Positions 14,201 to 27,800 of a stretch of DNA of 64,000 nt are shown here, in pieces. The translations under genes and the position numbers were made by a program. Position 1 is the stretch's first letter. Every line of letters begins with the position of its first letter. Below the pieces are notes generated by a model, which was not told the origin of the DNA, did no database searches, and worked only from the letters and a program-made list of their open reading frames with translations. The stretch lies in NCBI GenBank assembly GCA_973895155.1, contig OZ316895.1:8730184-8794183 (forward strand), read 5' to 3'. This stretch comes from Marsupella aquatica. Taxonomy: Eukaryota; Plantae; Marchantiophyta.

Positions 14201-14750
14201 TGCTAAAGTTTTTAGCTACATATATACAAAGTAGCTAAACTGAAAACTAGATAGTTCAAGCAATAGAAATCAATATCTATCATTTCCTGTAGATTCGTTT
14301 GGCCTTCGAATTTCAGCAAGACACTCATGACAATTTCATTGTAACCAACGTCGAAATGGAGGTCTCATTTCTCAGGTCGTATTGACTTAGCTCTACGAAG
14401 TGTACGATGTCCGAAAGGTCGTACGTGGAGAAAAGATTTGAAAGAAAAGTCTGCTGGCTAAATGTTTGTCGAAGACCCTTGCATGTGGTCTTCCAAATCC
14501 AGTCACAGTGCACACAAAGCTAGCTGCATAGACTTCGTTATATAGGATGGAACTAACGTCTCCTTCACATTCAAGGGAAACTGCAACACGAAATCATTTT
14601 CGTTTTTTTAATTGCAAGTTAATTCTGATATATCGGGTCCTAAATCGAGGTGATACTCACATCATAATCTCGACTCCAACACGAGACGGGAGTCACAACG
14701 AGGGCGGCAAACAGCAAGACGATCCATCGACAATCTGAAAACTTTTTCAT
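11243..14750 (-). CDS. Secreted PQQ-type beta-propeller protein (polyvinyl-alcohol dehydrogenase-like), copy B, apparently intact
   Basis: Exons 14750-14661 (MKKFSDCRWIVLLFAALVVTPVSC signal peptide), ~14095-13563, 13343-12725, 12305-12087, 11503-11243. Same intron positions as copy A; motifs ATCCTFQG, ATGNDY, DFGEAP, GGASWGMATDG. Confidence 0.88.
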
Positions 14751-15424
14751 CGCTTTAGTTTGGGCTACCTCAACCTTGGCCTCTCGCCCTACGTACTGTC
14801 TGCACTGCAGCTACTATATATTGTTCCTACAGGATATGGACACTATTCTTCTCTGCTAATCACCCTGATCCAGCTAGGTATTTCAGCAATCTGCAGGAGT
14901 GCTGTGCAAACGATCACTTGTTGCTCCCGCGGGCCCAAGTCTTTTGCATAAGTTACCGCGCGTCATGATGGCGTACTGCAGCTGACCAAGCGGAGCTCGA
15001 TAAGTTGCAAGCATTGTCGTATGATCTGATGTCATTCTCCGAGTCATGTGGAACATGTCCTGTGACGTCTCGTTTCCCACGCTGTGAGACCTGCTCCATA
15101 ATTAAGAAATCAAAAGTGACGATTGCTTTCTGAAGTATCCAGGGAGATTGAGTGATAAATGGTTTTTTTTATGTAATCATGTCTCCTCAAATGTTATGCT
15201 GCTGCTATATGGCGCATCCTTGTTTCATATCCCCAAGTCCGCATCCTTGTTTCATATCCCCAAGTCCAATTTTTTATGGACATTATTTTTGGCTGAACTT
15301 AAAGTTCAGCTTTGTGGTGGGAGCCCAAAATGGTTGGCTGAATTTAAAGTTCAGCTTTGTGGTGGGAGCCCAAAATGGCTCCAAACTTTTTTTCTGCTCA
15401 TACGTTTTCTCCACATACGTTTTC

Positions 15425-17697
15425 AAAATATACACATACTTTTTACAGAAGAAGGCCAAATAGAGTACAAAAGAATAAACAAGAGAGGTCCCAAGTGGAC
15501 AAAATCAAACGCAAAAGAAGTGAGCAAAAGGAAACCCTAAAAACCAAGAAAGAGGAACTAAAAGAAGTGAGCAAAAGGAAACCCCTAAAAACCAAGAAAG
15601 AGGAACTAAAACTACCGCAAATGGACCAAGGTCCTCATCATACCTAGCAAATGTGGCAACAAGCTAGTGGTCTACATCAAGTGTCGAAACTAGATCAGCA
15701 AGTGGGACATGAATGTCCTCTAGGGGGGCTAGCCGCTGCGGAGTCACACTAGCACCCACTGTCAGAGATCGACGATAGACGGCCCGAGCTTGAGCACGCT
15801 GTAAGGTGACTGAAATGCGTTGGCGAAAGTGCGTGGTCAAAACAGATAGCGGGGGCCCGGTGGGACCCATCCGGCCGTGAACATCCCGAGCAGCTTGGCG
15901 AAGAAGCCCGTCGAACTGATGATGGAGACGCCCAAATATCTCAAGAGCAAGGGGCAAGAAGCTATCAGATGCAGCTCGTGCAGGACCAGGTAACTCGAGC
16001 ACCACCTCCCGCTGCGCGCAGACCAAAGAGCCAGAGAGAACTCGAGCACCAGCTCCCGCCGCGCGCAGTCGCATCTCTCACAGCGTCGTGAACAAAAATG
16101 GTTTCGCCGCCCAAACTGCATCGAAGAAGATGGACACCTGTGGCATCACAAGGCTTCCCACAAGTGCAAGTAGGAGGTAAACCAGCAAGAAGTGGGTGGG
16201 GCAAGCCCATACGAAGACGCATGGCTGTCACAAACTCCGCAGAAGACATCCGCAGGTGAGGAATGACTGGATTGGCCTGAAGCCAGCCTCCTGCGCCCTT
16301 CCCTCCGGAAGAAAGAATCCAAGCTCGGTCCGTGTCAGGTGCCTCGGTGAGGATGCTGGAAAGGGTGAAAGCGTGCATACGCCCAGCAAGGTCTGCCTGA
16401 AGACGGACGGGGTCCAAGGATAAAAACTCCTGGAATGAAGGTAACACAGCTCGAACAGGATCGGGTAATGATGACCGCGCCGCGCGCAAATGAACCTGAA
16501 ATGGGAGGGAACCCTCCTCGACCTCCATGAGAGATGAAAGTAAAAAAGGTCGATCCTCAATAAGGAAACGATCTGCCAACAATGAGAAGGCGGCCGCCCA
16601 CGCGCCCAACAAGGCCAAAGGTGCAAGGCGCTCAGTGGAAGTGAGCCCAAAACCACCGTGAGAAATAGGAAGACTGAGCTGTCGATGAAGCCACGGAGAT
16701 GAGAGGAAAGTACCTGGCCCTAAAAGAGAGGCCAAAGTCTCACGAATGGAGACATCAAACGCTCGGAGGTGTAGATAAAGATCCTCGGTAGGGGGATGTG
16801 TCCGAGCCAAATAGGACGCACGAGGGTGGATGCATCTCAACAACAACCCAAATGCTGCCTGAGAGTCTGCTAACTTAGGGAGCATAGGAGTAGGGGCTAA
16901 GGCAGCCTGGAGAGCGTCAGCAATGAAAGATGAGCAAAAGGAGGCGGTACCGACTGGGGAGCCAAGGACCCGAAGACCGTCGGCAGGACGTAAGAACCCA
17001 GGGGGAAGCGCAAGATCAGAGGGTAACCCAGCTGGACTCCATGCACGACTCTTCACTGGCTGAACTCGTAAACCGAGGCCCAACAAATGGGTGGAAAGGG
17101 TGGCGAGGGCAGAAGTAACAGCAACAGGTGGACCAATGATGTGGGTGTCATCTGAAAGGGAGGGGAAGATACACTGGGGGTGGGCCGCGGAGGCTTCTCG
17201 TAAAGCAGTAAAATGGGCAATGGCAAAAAGAGGCCCACCCAAAGGGTCACCTTGACGTGTACCTTCTGCAGAAGAAAGAGTGGTATACACTCCTGTAGAG
17301 GTGTGATGACTATAGAAGAGGGGGGCCTCAAACCCATAAAAATAACGGACAAAGGGGATAAGGGACTAGATGTCTGGATCCGCTGCCCTCAAAGCACGAA
17401 AAATGGCTGCCCGAGAAACCGTATTGAAAGCATTGGAGACATCAACCTGGAGGACAACCCAATCAGGGTGGAGGTCCAAGGTAGTACGAATACCCGCAAT
17501 AACTGTCTCACAACCGCCAGGAACGCCCACTGCAAACTGATGTGGAGAGAGATGATCCGATAGTGCAGAGCGATACTGCGATGAAAGTGCGCGAGACACC
17601 AGACGAAGAAAAACCTCTCCAATAGCTATGGGCCGAACACCCGGTGAAGACTTAGCCATGGCCAACAAACGAGAAGCACTCAAAAGAGAAGCCATGG
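15425..17697 (-). mobile_element. 5'-truncated non-LTR retrotransposon, CRE/R2-group-like (RT plus C-terminal zinc finger/REL-type region), decayed
   Basis: RT motifs GVRPIAIGEV, DVSNAFN, GTRQGDPLG, SLSDDT, LRVLGSPVG; C-terminal CTCG...HLLRC and ISVTLQR. Flanked by a 14-bp TSD CCACATACGTTTTC (15411-15424 and 17698-17711). Contains an in-frame stop and a frameshift. Confidence 0.85.
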
Positions 17698-19086
17698 CCA
17701 CATACGTTTTCTCCACATATGCTTTCTCTACATATATATAGAGGCACACAAATATACTTTAGTCACAATATACTCATCTAACACTCTTTAGTTTGTATGG
17801 AATACTCAAGATAAAGACAAATTGGAGTACACAGAGTATATTATATTCAACACAAATGAAAGTACATTAAATGCTCCCCCCTCAATGTAAGTGTGTACTT
17901 GATTCTCTCACCATTTAATGTCTTTGTCTTTTAGTTATCAGAATTTCTTAATGCTTTTATATATCTCCCTTTGGGACCAAAGTCACCTTGAAAAGGTACG
18001 ACTCTTAAAGGGGCTTCCTTTTTGTTTTTGGGTGAAATTGGTCACCTCGAAAAGATTTTTAAAGGGGCTTCTTTTTTTTAGAAAAAACGATGAGTAAGGA
18101 GCATGCCCTATGGTTGATCTCATTATTTTATTTTCTTTGAGAATTAAAACAGATAGAGAATCAAGGGTATTTTAAAGAATGGGAAAATCAAAAAGACAAA
18201 AAGAGACATTTTTATTTTTTGGCCCGGATGGAGGATTACTTTAAGGGGAGAAATAATAAGGGTTTAAAGAATTTTTTCTTTAATTGCTGAGAGGTTTAAG
18301 GGTATTTAAGGGAGAGATTTTCAAAATGGTCTTTGTTTATATTTTTTTCTTGCTAGAGGGGGCAGACACTACTTGAGTGTATCGAACAAGCTAACCCCTA
18401 TTCTATCTTGAAGTGGGGAGCGATGGATGGTTTAAGGGTCTTTTAAGGGAGGAACAATAAAGACAAAGAATGGAGAGATTTCAGGTTTTATAAATCTTTC
18501 CTTTTTCTTGCAAGAGGGGGGTCAACATCAAAACAAAAAATGTGTTTTTATTCCTTTTGTGGACTTCTCACTCATTTTTCAACATAGATATAGATTTTTA
18601 TTTGAGTAATTCTAGAAGAATAGGTGGGTGTGCTTTTAATTAGGTTAGGTATGATATTAATTAGTCGCTAATGAAATTAGGTATGACATTAATTAGGAAC
18701 TTAGAGATGATTAGCATAAAAGGGAGAGTCTCTCAGTTCATTCTCCTCATTCTCTTCTCCTCTCCTCTCATTGCTTATTCTTTTGCCTTTTTTTGGCCAA
18801 AGCGACCTCATAGGCATTTCTTGGGGCAAGCGGCGCCATAAGCGTTGCTTGCAACCTACCATTTGCCTAGGTGGTCGTGGAGGGACGCGCTCGATCATTA
18901 GGGTCGTTCATAGGTAGTTTTCTATCGTATTCTCTTGGACTAGTGCGAGTTTGCTCTAGCCGGTGGTAGCAATGACCTAGTCATTTGCTACATACCTGCC
19001 TATAGTCACTTAATTGGCGGGACATTTGGATGCAACTCTTTTTTGTTGGAGATATACTTTGGCTTTGTGTTGTCATCGATAGTGTT

Positions 19087-19226
19087 CTCGATGCATACAA
19101 TGCTTGTTGCTTGAGAAATATTTTGCCTACGAGCGTGTTCATCCTTTAGATGCTGGTCGATGCATACAATGCTTGTTGCTTGAGAAATATTTTGCCGACG
19201 AGCGTGTTCATCCTTCAGATGCTGGT
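19087..19226. repeat. ~69-bp tandem duplication
   Basis: TCGATGCATACAATGCTTGTTGCTTGAGAAATATTTTGCC...GATGCTGG occurs twice. Confidence 0.85.
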
Positions 19227-20819
19227 TTGTATATACATCAACGAAAGGTTGACGATGAGAGGAGAAAAAAATTAAATTCTTTATGATTTATTTCAGATTA
19301 GGTGGTGGACAACTTAGGGTTAATTTAGGTTAGTCTTTTAGATACATTTAGGTTTTGATACATTTTTTTCTCTTATCAAAGAAAAATTACATGTATGAAT
19401 TCTATTTCAAACTTATATTATTTTGAGGTATCATATTATAATGAATTATATTTTCCTTGTATTTATTAATTTTTCTCAAATTTAAATGCAACCCCAACTT
19501 ATCATGTTTTTGTACTATTGCGAGTCAAATTTGGGTCAAAGCATTTCAGGACCCGAGTTTTGAACCTGAGACCTCCCCCTCACGAGAGTGATCACTATAC
19601 TAATGAAACATTCATGTATTGGTGACAATAACTAATCAGTCACAAATTATATAAAGAGTAGTTCAGCTTTTGTGACCAAACCCCTTTGGTCACGGGCATT
19701 TTAATTTTTATCCCTGGCTCTGATGGGTGTCTCTTTAGTTTGTTATTTTTTCTATCTTCAAATTACTTGAACCCCCATATATATCTCATTTACCATTTCC
19801 ATATTCAAATTCAATTAGACACCCAGCCTGCCCCCTCTAATGTTCATTCCTTTCCATGCCCTCAATCAAAGAAAAGAAAAGTTGCCCTTTGTGTGCCTTG
19901 AACACGCCACTTCCTAGTCTCAACTGAGCTCCAATACCCTAGGTCACACATTACCTCTGTGCATCAATTCTTCATGCTCATTACCATTTAATCCTTTATA
20001 ATTATTTTATACTAAAAAATATATTGATATCTTTAAAATTGATAAATTATAAATGTACATTATTTTTGAATAAGTTATTAGCGTCAAGCATTAGAACTCC
20101 TCAAAAATCTGTGCCCTCGTCAAAATTGAACAAGAGATATACTTAGTGGACCTCCAAATGCAACTTTCTCTCTTAATGGACCAAAAGTTTCCCACGCCCT
20201 CCCAATGGACCCCAAAGTTTAGATTCTCTCCCAATGGACCTCCGGGCCCACTCCGTACAGGCATGTTCTTATGAAACAGCTTACCACGCAGTTCGAGTCC
20301 ACTGCATACCCTCTGGAAACCGTGGTTGGTCATGTGTAGTCGGCCGTCAATAACGTCGCAATCCACAAGCGTTGTAGCCCTGGCGGAAATCAAGCTCCGC
20401 TCAGCACCATGGCAGTTTTTGTGAATACAATATGACTATTGTATTCAAAACAATAATTGAACGAGTTTGCGGTGGCATTGGAGCCTTCGTGCCCGGCCTC
20501 ACAAGATTTCAGAATACATTGTCACTTTAGTGTTCAAGATACAAAGGAAATAGTTTATTGGAGCTTGCAACAGCCGGCAAGCTGTACCTCCCCGAACCTC
20601 CTTGCTTTTATGAAGACATTGTCCATAATGTGTACAAATCGTAAAGGAATAATTTTCAAAAATTCAAATGTGCCCGCCCTTTATGGAACCCTTTCGGAAC
20701 CTGTTTTGTTGTCATTTGGTTTGTTTCTCGACATTTTCTCGTGTTGCTGGTTCTGGCTCGTGTTGCTGGTTCTTGTTGTTCCTGTTGTTCCCGCTCGTGT
20801 TCTTGCTCGTGTTCCTGCT

Positions 20820-21458
20820 ATGTCGACCCTTGAGGATGTGCGAATTGCAATGAAGGAGCGGCCACACAGCATCATTGGGCCAATCCCGGTATATGTTTGT
20901 AATTTTCACTCTGATTTCCCATGGCCCAGAAAGTTCACATACAGAGGTTGCAGGCATGGCATTGGCGGTGGTTTGGTTTGTGGGAAGTCCATTGAGGCAG
21001 CGGAGCAATGCAAGCACAACCCACTGGTAGACGGTAACAATTGTCATTTGTATAGGTTCGATATTTGCATGGTGGATGCATATGAGAACACTGGGCCATT
21101 CAAGGCCACTATCTTTCAAGCTGCACGAGAGCTTGTGGACATGACTGCTGACAAATTTGCAGAGTATGGTACCATTCGCCAGCTTGAAACAATGCACCAG
21201 CAAATTTCTCAGATCCCATACTGTCTAGTGTGGATTAAGGGAGGACGACACTCTGCTGTTGTGAATAAGCTTGTTGTTGAGATGTGGCGATGCCCTCCTA
21301 GTCGTGCCCCTGTGAGAACAAGAGTTGAGAAAGTGATCAACAGAAGCAATCTTGTGGATGTTGATGTCCTTATGCAGCAGTTGGAGGTGACTGCATCAAT
21401 GATTTCAAAGTTTTGTTTGTCCACCATCGAATCCGCCAAAGACTCGAAAGGCAAATGA
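20820..21458 (+). CDS. RPA70 C-terminal-like zinc-ribbon OB-fold protein (probable TE cargo)
   Basis: FTYRGC...CGKSI...C...C.LYRFDICMVD...TG..KATIFQAARELV.MTA matches the pattern of the RPA1 DBD-C domain; intronless; start assumed at MSTLED. Confidence 0.55.
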   Translation: MSTLEDVRIAMKERPHSIIGPIPVYVCNFHSDFPWPRKFTYRGCRHGIGGGLVCGKSIEAAEQCKHNPLVDGNNCHLYRFDICMVDAYENTGPFKATIFQAARELVDMTADKFAEYGTIRQLETMHQQISQIPYCLVWIKGGRHSAVVNKLVVEMWRCPPSRAPVRTRVEKVINRSNLVDVDVLMQQLEVTASMISKFCLSTIESAKDSKGK

Positions 21459-23598
21459 TAGGGATGTTGTGTCATGCAGAATACGTTTTGGTTGTTGTAT
21501 TCTTGTTATTTCTTGAAGAGATTGGTGGTTTGGTAAGATGATTTAGTGTCATTTAGCATTCTCCGTAGCTTCAATGATGAACAATTTGCATTTCAGATGA
21601 GTATTGGGGGAGCCCTTCAGTTGCATAATTTTGAAAACTTGTATTGTGTAATGGGTAATTTCTCTTGCGTTATGAATAGAATACAACATTGTTTATGTAT
21701 TCTCTGATCTATCTGTTATGTAACACGTTGCAACATTCTTTTGTATGTTGAGAATACAACACAAAATACTACATGGTGTATGTATTCTTTGAATTCTATT
21801 TCATGTAACACGTCTAGGTTGCGCCTGCTTTGCTACTTCATTGCTAGGGTTTAGGGTGCACGATCAGTTGCGCGTATGCCTTATCTTTGGCGAGGGTTTA
21901 GGATTTTAGAGAGATGGCGGCCGATGAGCGAGGAGGATTGTTTTAGGGAGGGATTCCACTATTGGAGCTCGCAAATCGATCGATCGAAGGCCTGATGTGC
22001 CGGTGAAGGGGGATTGCGCGTGATTGGGAGCGATGTGCGCAATGGGGGACTGCGCGCGATTGGGAGTGAGTGAGTATAGAGCGATTCAGGGAGCTGGTGC
22101 TGGTGAAGGGGGATTGTGAAATCACTTGGGATTGCCTGTCGGGTGATTGGAGTGACTGTCGAGAGCGATTCAGGGAGATCAACGAGTGAACGTTGGGCAG
22201 GTCAGTTGGGTTTTGAACCCAACCAAGGTAGTCATGGTGCCCCATGCCAAGAAACTAACATTGGCAAAGGAGGGACAACATTTTCGATACCGTGTAGGGG
22301 AGCAAGGGAACCACGTATTCAAGTGTATATGCGCCGGTCATGCTCCTCGCGGTTTCTCTTTGTTCAAGTCGTTTCAGACTCACTTGAGCACCAAGCATGG
22401 CCAAAAACTCCCTGCTGATTTGTTGGAGCCAGGCCTGCCTTGGTTGAGTTCAAAACTCAACACCTCTCGTCCCGCCAAGAAACCACGGAAATGCAGCAGC
22501 AGCAGTGGTAAGAAGACGGAAGGTGCGTCATGGATTTGATTGCGGTCGACTGCCAAGCTAAGAATCAACTGAAGGTGGACTATTGCATTTCAGTTCTGGG
22601 GAAGAAGGAGCCATCGGTTCCATCAAAATCGGTGCTTGTTCGTCTCATTAAGGTCTACCACATTCGTCCGAAGGAGAAGAGTGGTTGGGGCTGCTTGGTA
22701 GACGACAGTTTCTTTGAGATGTTACAGGAGCATGTCAGCTCTGCTCCTATCACCAATGTTGTGTATCACTGGGCCGAGCATGTGCAGCAATTGCCTGCTC
22801 AGTTGCTTGTGGATCGAAAGTTGCATGCTTTGCAGGTTGATTGTCGACTATTACAGGTACTTTTTCCACTAAGAGATGTCCCTGCCCAGTCTGTCCAACC
22901 TTCAGCAGGTGAGGAGAGTAGAGAACTCATTGTTGCAGACGCCTTGGAGTTTTTGAGGAAGAAAAGGGAAAGTCTTTTGTGGAAAGTCGGAGCAAAAGAA
23001 ATCAATTTTGACCATGCCTATCCAGACTATGTGAAGTGGAAAAAGGAGCAGAAGCATCTGTCAATTGCCACAGCCGGTCAGAATTGTGTGAAAGATTACA
23101 CAGGTGATGGCATGTCACAAGAAGAAGTAGAGGCAGCGGTACGTAACACAATCATTTTACTTGCCTTTGCATTGTTGTGTATACTTCGCGCACAATGTTT
23201 ACACCAGTTTTCATATTGCAGGCTAGAGTTCACGAAGTGTGGGTTGATACCTCAGATGAGGAGGGGTACAAGCCCACCCCTGACAAGTGGGGATTAGATT
23301 ATCATGAGTCCTCTGATGAAGAAGACGCAGCATAGGTATAGTTCCTCTTCCCCTTCTGCCAATGATTTTTTCTGAATCTGCAGAGTTTGACAACATTGAC
23401 TGAAATGTCTACAAAACTTCAGGTTCCTTTGAATGACGAAGCTGAAGCCAAAGAATCAGGGAAGAAAGGAAAGCAACGTAGGAAGCCAAACGAACCCAAG
23501 AAGCAACCTCCACAGAAAATTACGCCTCCTGTTGACACTCAGGAAGCCGATGAGGTAAAATTTGCACTTCCAATGTAATTATCCCATTTCTATACCGT

Positions 23599-24756
23599 TG
23601 TCCGGGTGACCGTGTTTTCTGGCAATAGCATGTTGGCTCTTTTGAAGGTAACCTTGCATGCTTATAAGTTCTACACTAAAATCAAAATGATAATTCTAGT
23701 AACAAGGGTAGTGGGTATTAAGAAAGGTTCAGGTGAAACTAAAATACTATTAAACCCTATTTCACCATACTTGCGGACCAACACATCACGAAAATTAGTT
23801 TTCTTACGACATATGATCCTAATATCTCCAAGAGAAAATGAAACAGGAATATCATTCGGACTCCTATTCAGATCCATGACTTCAATAAAGGACAAAGATG
23901 ATGCACTCCCACTCCTCTCGGTACGACACCACTGGGTATATTATTGGCTCGTTAGAAACCATAACAGCAGTTGCAAACTGAGCTCCAAAATGATAGGTTA
24001 GATGTTGCCTCATAGATGGTTTGTCTAAAAGATGGACTCTAATCAAAAACGGATTACGAAGGGGAAGATCAGGGATAACTCTCTCTCCTGGATTCGTGAT
24101 GGCTCTTCTATTCCTTTGCTATCCGGGCCAAAGGACGCCCCACCCCTATATTCCCAAAGAAACCTTATTCCCTAAGGTCCCATCTATAAATCTACCACTC
24201 ATTCCTTTGCTATCCGGGCCAAAGGACGCCCCACTACTATGTTCAAGGCACAAAAGAGCTTCACAACCTTGAATGATAAACACTGCGGAATGAGGGGAGA
24301 GTGCCCCTCACCACTTTATTTATAGTGCACACCAAGAGGGCATGGATCAAGCCCAAGCACTTGGATGAAGGCCAAGTGTCAAACATCTAATACCTAAGAG
24401 TGTGCTAGTACTATTCATAGTTGGTGAAACTACTTTTAGTAGGTGGAACTACCATGCGTTGGTGGAACTACTATGCGTTGGTGGACCTACTATGCGTTGG
24501 TGGACCTACTGTGCATTGGTAGAACTACTATGCGCTGGTGGACCTACTGTGCGTTGGTAGAACCACTATGCGTTGGTGAATATTATTGTAGTTGGTGGAA
24601 CTACTCACATGCATTGGTGAAACTTCTATAGTCCGTTAATATAGCTAAAGAAGTTTAATAAAGTTTAAATTTAATAATCTAACTACTAAATTACTTATAT
24701 AATCTATAGCATATTAAAACAAACAATTTTTTATAACTTAAGAGAAAATCACGACA
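23599..24756 (-). repeat. 3' LTR of gypsy element
   Basis: Near-identical to 30897-32054 (about 7 substitutions seen by eye); contains an internal TTGGTGGAACTACTATGCG-type minisatellite. Confidence 0.97.
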
Positions 24757-24809
24757 CATCACCCCTACCAAACCTGTGCATCCTCCGGTATGCACCACAC
24801 CTAGAATCG

Positions 24810-27800
24810 CTACATGTCTTCTTCATCTAAAGCCTCATAGTCGTCGGGTTCAAACTCTTCCTCTGTCACAAATCGAGTTCGTCGTTTAAACAATTTCACT
24901 CGCTTCCCTGCATAGGGATTACGATGAATTGCTCCATCAAGTTCTCTTACCACATATGTTGCATTAGGACGAACCTCCTCCACCACAAATGGTCCTCTCC
25001 AACGACGTGCAAACTTCTTCAGAGTAGAATGTTGCTGTTCCAACCCTCCCTCATAGATCAAGACCCAATCTCCATTCTGGATGGGAATTGGTCTCAAACG
25101 ATGGGTCTTGTCAAATCGTTCCTTATTCTTCTCACGAGCCTCCTTTAGCCTTAGTAACGCCTCCTCAATCTTCTCTTTGGTCTGGCTAAAGTGCTCAATC
25201 CTTCGCTCCAGCAACGTTTCTCGGGAGATTCTATCTTGCCATTCAATCATCCTCCAACTCTGAACATTTTCCTCAATCGGCATCAAAGGCAAATGTCCAG
25301 AGACTAATTCGGCAGGCGTAATTCCTGTTGTGGTAGTGCATGTCATTCGATCTGCCAAAAGAGCAAATGGTAGAAGATTGGGCCAAAGTGATGGTTTTCC
25401 TCGGCAAGATTTCACCAAGGCATTCACTATCGATGGGTGCCCTCGCTCAATCTTTCCATTTCCTTCTGGGTTGTAGGCAGTAGTGAGTTTGAGCTTGATG
25501 TTGAACCGGTTGAAAAATTCTGCAGCCTCTTCAGAATTCAGCTCTCCTCTATCTGCTCTCATTTGCACAAAACAACCATGACGTGCTATAACGTCTTCAA
25601 GTATGAACCTGCATACTGCTTCTGTAGTGTTAGAGGTTAAAGCCCTTCCTTCAACATAAGAAGATAAATCTTCTCTTGCAAGGACAAGGTACTTTGCCCC
25701 CTAATTCCCCGTGGCATGTGCACCACATCTACTGCCCACTGAAAATGTAAAGAAAGAGGACTAGTGGGATTAAGTCCATCTCTAAACCGAACTTTAGAGT
25801 AATACTGACAACTCTCACAAGATCCAACATAGGATTTTACATCCACATACATGCCTGACCACCAGTACCACCTTTGAACCCGCTCATAGGTAGCTCTAAC
25901 TCCTCGATGTCCTGCTTCAACAGCATCATGAGAATCCCATAAGACTCTCTTCTTCTCTTCATCTGTATCAAGAAGTCTACAAGGAACATGTCCTTTCTTC
26001 AAAGACCTTCTCCATAAAACACCATCCTTGAGCATGAACTTGTAAGCCTTCTTCCGTAATTGTTGAAACTTCTCTTCTATCATTTCAATAGGCCTTTGAA
26101 GAGTACTAAGGTACCTTCCAATCAAGAGCAACTCTCCAGAATAGAGCTCCTCTCGAAATGTTAAGACCTCAAACTCTCCATTCATCACTTGAACTGCCTC
26201 CACTTCATTCTGATCATAGCGGGCTCTTGAAAGCATATCTGCTACTGGATTATCTTTTCTAGCAATGTGTCGAAGCTCGGGGTTGATCATCCTAATAAAA
26301 GCTATCCAACATAGCATAGCAATGTTTGGAGTATCACAGTTAGCAATCATCCCTAAAAGTGGTAAACAATCAGTCTCAATAATGACTTGTGCTCCAATCA
26401 AGTAGACTTTTTCTTGACACAAGGCTATCCTTGCTCCCCACAACTCTCGTTTGATTTGAGGGTAATGCCTTTGCCTTGCTGAAAAGATCTTAGCTCCAAA
26501 CCTTGCTGCAAATCTTCTCCCCTCCTCATCATCTTGCCCTACCGCCCATCTAGCAGCATCAGGACTTGAATCTACAGTGACAATGATGGGTCTTCCATCA
26601 TAGCATAAGGGACGTAAAACAATGGGGCTAAGTAAGGCCTCCTTTAACCTTTGCATAGCCTCCTTATGTGCCTCTGTCCAAACAAAGTGCACATTCTTCC
26701 TCAATAATCCGTACAAAGGATCAGCAATATGTGCAAAGTGAGGAATCCAGATCCTATAGAACAAGCAAGCGCCAAGGAACCTTCGCACCTCCGAAGTTGT
26801 CCTACAATCTTTCATCTGATTGATTGCATCTACTTTTCCTCCATTTGGCTTCCTCCCATCAACTCCACAAATTTGTCCTACAATTAGGACTTCACGAAGC
26901 CCAAATGAAGATTTTTCACCAGAAAGAGTGAGCCCAACCTCAATCAACCTCTTCAAGATTGCTTTCACATCTTGAATGTGCTCCCATACAAATTGTCGCA
27001 AACCATCTTCACGTATAGTCTCATCTTTCTTTGTCTCCAAGCATCCCTTGATTGGCATATCATCAAGGAATGGCTGTGTCTTCTCTGGAATGAAACAGTG
27101 TAATACCTTATTCATGGCATTCTGCATGTGAGCCACCGAGTTGGTTGCCCCTTGAGGCAAGGTACACATGCGAAGTAGCCCCAAAGGTGTCCTCATAGTG
27201 GTGATATCTCTACTACTCTGAGCCAACTGAAACTGATCATAGCCTGAATAGAGGTCACCACATGAATAGATGGCTCTACCAGCAAATTCTTCCGCAAACT
27301 CATCTACTATAGGTCCTATTCCAGTATTGCAAATAGTAACCTTGTTAGGTGGTTGCATGTCCTGAATAAATCTAAGTTTACCATTTTTCTTACGAATGGT
27401 AAACCAACGATTAGAATAAGGTGCATCTGTTCTTTCCAAAATCCTAGTGGAAAGCTTCTCCTTTAATAGATCAATAAGTTTAGGTAACAAAGCCTTGGGC
27501 ACTGGAATGGGTTTCAAGTCCCAAGGAACATGCGGGACAGTGAAAATTACCATAGGAGTAACAACACTAGGATCCACACATCCCATCTCTTCAGGACAAA
27601 AGGCAAAAGCCTTACCATGCTCACCAATCATTGCTGAAACTCTTCTCTCTCTTCTTTTGTCAGCAACCCATCATCACCAATCCTTAGTTGATTAAGGGTC
27701 TCCTTCGTGAATTTGTGGCCAATCTTAGTCCGATCTATAAGACTGGTCTCTTTACCTGCCTTCTCCAAAATCTCCCTAGCATCCAAAGGTAAAGGAATTG

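Noticed and set aside
15172-17885. Possible old LTR (TGTA...TACA) with PPT hosting the LINE
   Set aside because: No partner LTR, TSD or coding remnant identified; noted only as speculation.
19530-19610. tRNA/SINE-like segment on the minus strand (A-box-like and GGTTCAAAAC B-box-like)
   Set aside because: No cloverleaf and too degenerate to call.
23606-24631. ORFs duplicated at 30844-31929
   Set aside because: They are incidental ORFs within the two LTRs.
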